Source: Calditrichota bacterium
Lineage (GTDB): Bacteria > Caldisericota > Caldisericia > UBA6126
Direction of reading: 5' to 3'
Assembly: GCA_036725105.1 (NCBI GenBank)
Contig: DAIMET010000004.1
Span: 7,719 to 71,718, forward strand
Length of the DNA stretch: 64,000 nt
The number at the start of each line of letters is the position of its first letter. Positions within the stretch are counted from its first letter, which is position 1. The notes beneath the pieces are model-generated. The model saw only the letters and a list, made by a program, of their open reading frames with translations, ran no database searches and was not told the DNA's origin. A program made the position numbers and the translations under genes. This document shows, one piece after another, positions 62,445 to 64,000 of the stretch.

Positions 62445-64000
62445 CAGTGACTCCTTCCTGAATTTGAGATCGATAAATCTCTTGGTACAACAAGCTTTCT
62501 TTCATGAGCATAGGGTGATTTCCTATGGAGGCAATGCGACCTTCTTCTAACACGATGATTTTATCTGCGTTCATAATCGAATTCACCCTTTGTGCCACGA
62601 TGAAGGTTGTGGTATGATGAAGGTAGGATTTTAAGTTCTTTTGTATCTTTGCTTCAGTGGCTGTGTCCACAGCACTGGTGCTATCATCTAACAAAAGTAT
62701 GGGTGGCTTCTTTAAAAGAGCTCTTGCAATAGCAATACGCTGTTTCTGTCCTCCTGATAAATTCACTCCTTTTTGTCCCAAAACTGTATTGTATCCCTCG
62801 GGAAACTGCTGTATAAAATCATGAGCTTGTGCTATTTTGCAAACTTCCTCAACTTCTTGGACACTTGCTTCTTGGTTGCCCCATTTTAAATTATCAAGGA
62901 TGGTACCTGAAAATAGAATTGTATTTTGTAATACAAATCCAATGGATTGCCGAAGTGTTTTTAGATCATAGTTTTTTATGTTTTGATTTTGAATAGAAAG
63001 GCTACCGCTAGACACTTCATAAAGCCTGGGAATCAATTGCAATAGCGTCGTCTTTCCCGACCCCGTGCCCCCAATAATCCCAACGGTTTCTCCTTCTTGC
63101 ACCGAAAAAGTAAGGTCTTTTAAAATGGGCGGCGATTTCAGATAGTGAAATGACACGGAATCAAATTGTACTGATCCTTTCGTGATAGGAGTGACAATAG
63201 GGTTATAGATATTTACGATGTCGATCTGGGTTTCAAGAACTTCATTAATTCGTTTTGCAGAGACTTGTGCTCTGCTATAGTAAATCAATAAAAAGGTAAT
63301 CATCATGAATGCCATTAATATCTGTGTCATATAGTTGATGTAAGCCATAATCTGCCCGACTTGCATAGATCCAGCATCCACTTGAATTCCCCCAAACCAT
63401 AAGATAGCTACCACGCTAAGGTTGACACAAAGCATCATAATGGGCATCGTAAGAAACATCAATGTAAAAGCCTTCACATTTATATCACGAAGATCTTTAT
63501 TTGCAGTGTGAAATCGCTTTTTTTCTTTTCTTTCTCGAACAAATGCTTTTACCACACGAATGGCTGAAAGGTTTTCTTGCACTACTTGGTTTAGCCGATC
63601 CAGTTTCACTTGTACCTTTGTGAATAAGGGAAGACTCTTTTTCATGATGAAAAATAGAGTGATACCCACAATAGGAATGATTACCACCAATATCAGACTT
63701 AGCTTTGCATTCAAAGATACTGCCATCACAATCCCCCCCAAGCAAAGAAGAGGAGCTCCCACAAAAATGCGAAGCAGCATCATGATCAAATTCTGCACTA
63801 GCACCACGTCGTTTGTTAAACGGGTCAGCAAAGAAGAGGAAGTAAAACGATCAAAAGTGGAGAAAGAAAAATTCTGCACCTTGGTAAACAATTCATACCG
63901 AATATCGGTGCCTGCATTTTGACTGGCTATACTAGCTGCAATGGTACATCCAAGCCCTCCAATCATGCCAATAAGGGCAATACCAATCATTGTCAGACTA
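62434..64000 (-). CDS. ABC exporter subunit (TM287-like, degenerate site; 5' end beyond window)
   Basis: GGTGSGKTT, LSGGQKQR, LLLDDSTS (E to D), IVAQR (H to Q); frame open to the window edge. Confidence 0.95.
   Translation of the reverse strand, partial: SLTMIGIALIGMIGGLGCTIAASIASQNAGTDIRYELFTKVQNFSFSTFDRFTSSSLLTRLTNDVVLVQNLIMMLLRIFVGAPLLCLGGIVMAVSLNAKLSLILVVIIPIVGITLFFIMKKSLPLFTKVQVKLDRLNQVVQENLSAIRVVKAFVRERKEKKRFHTANKDLRDINVKAFTLMFLTMPIMMLCVNLSVVAILWFGGIQVDAGSMQVGQIMAYINYMTQILMAFMMITFLLIYYSRAQVSAKRINEVLETQIDIVNIYNPIVTPITKGSVQFDSVSFHYLKSPPILKDLTFSVQEGETVGIIGGTGSGKTTLLQLIPRLYEVSSGSLSIQNQNIKNYDLKTLRQSIGFVLQNTILFSGTILDNLKWGNQEASVQEVEEVCKIAQAHDFIQQFPEGYNTVLGQKGVNLSGGQKQRIAIARALLKKPPILLLDDSTSAVDTATEAKIQKNLKSYLHHTTTFIVAQRVNSIMNADKIIVLEEGRIASIGNHPMLMKESLLYQEIYRSQIQEGVTDEE

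Noticed and set aside
60621-64000. Degenerate ABC motifs (DD, Q-switch, ISEGQ) as a sign of pseudogenisation
   Set aside because: This is the known asymmetric pattern of TM287/288-type heterodimeric exporters

Overview
AT-rich chromosomal segment from an anaerobic bacterium. The lineage is probably Caldisericota; this is an inference from the PQQ-propeller/copper-amine-oxidase-N protein and a strongly divergent rRNA operon. In order, the window holds: (1) the end of a HydB/NuoF-like gene and a 1189-aa GltD/NuoG-like fusion (Bfu/NfnABC-like); (2) a 16S-23S-5S operon with no spacer tRNA and compensated changes at normally near-invariant positions (central pseudoknot, helix 45, sarcin-ricin loop); (3) a ComG/type IV pseudopilin cluster with a prepilin peptidase; (4) an unusual energy-conservation operon: Rieske protein, cytochrome b fused to a 2x[4Fe-4S] domain, MvhD, FlxC/B/A-like subunits, and a second cytochrome b; (5) dnaN-recF-dciA without dnaA or gyrB; (6) a minus-strand run with a HAD hydrolase, comF, a GT4-TagA-CsaB triple fusion, msrA and a TM-NTPase-repeat (STAND-like) protein; (7) tRNA-Ala(CGC), followed by an accessory region with radical SAM/TetR, a three-gene TAC-like module, WYL/GyrI genes, Fic, two TA pairs and duplication scars; (8) a two-component locus with two kinase-less sensors; (9) a heterodimeric ABC exporter. 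The top candidate for an undescribed system is the Rieske/cytochrome b-Flx operon (13831-20277). Its two cytochrome b paralogues are degenerate in complementary ways: one has four heme His ligands plus a ferredoxin domain but no Qo motif, the other has the Qo motif but has lost both heme bH ligands. Family assignments come from motif recognition only; no database searches were run. RNA ends are approximate.
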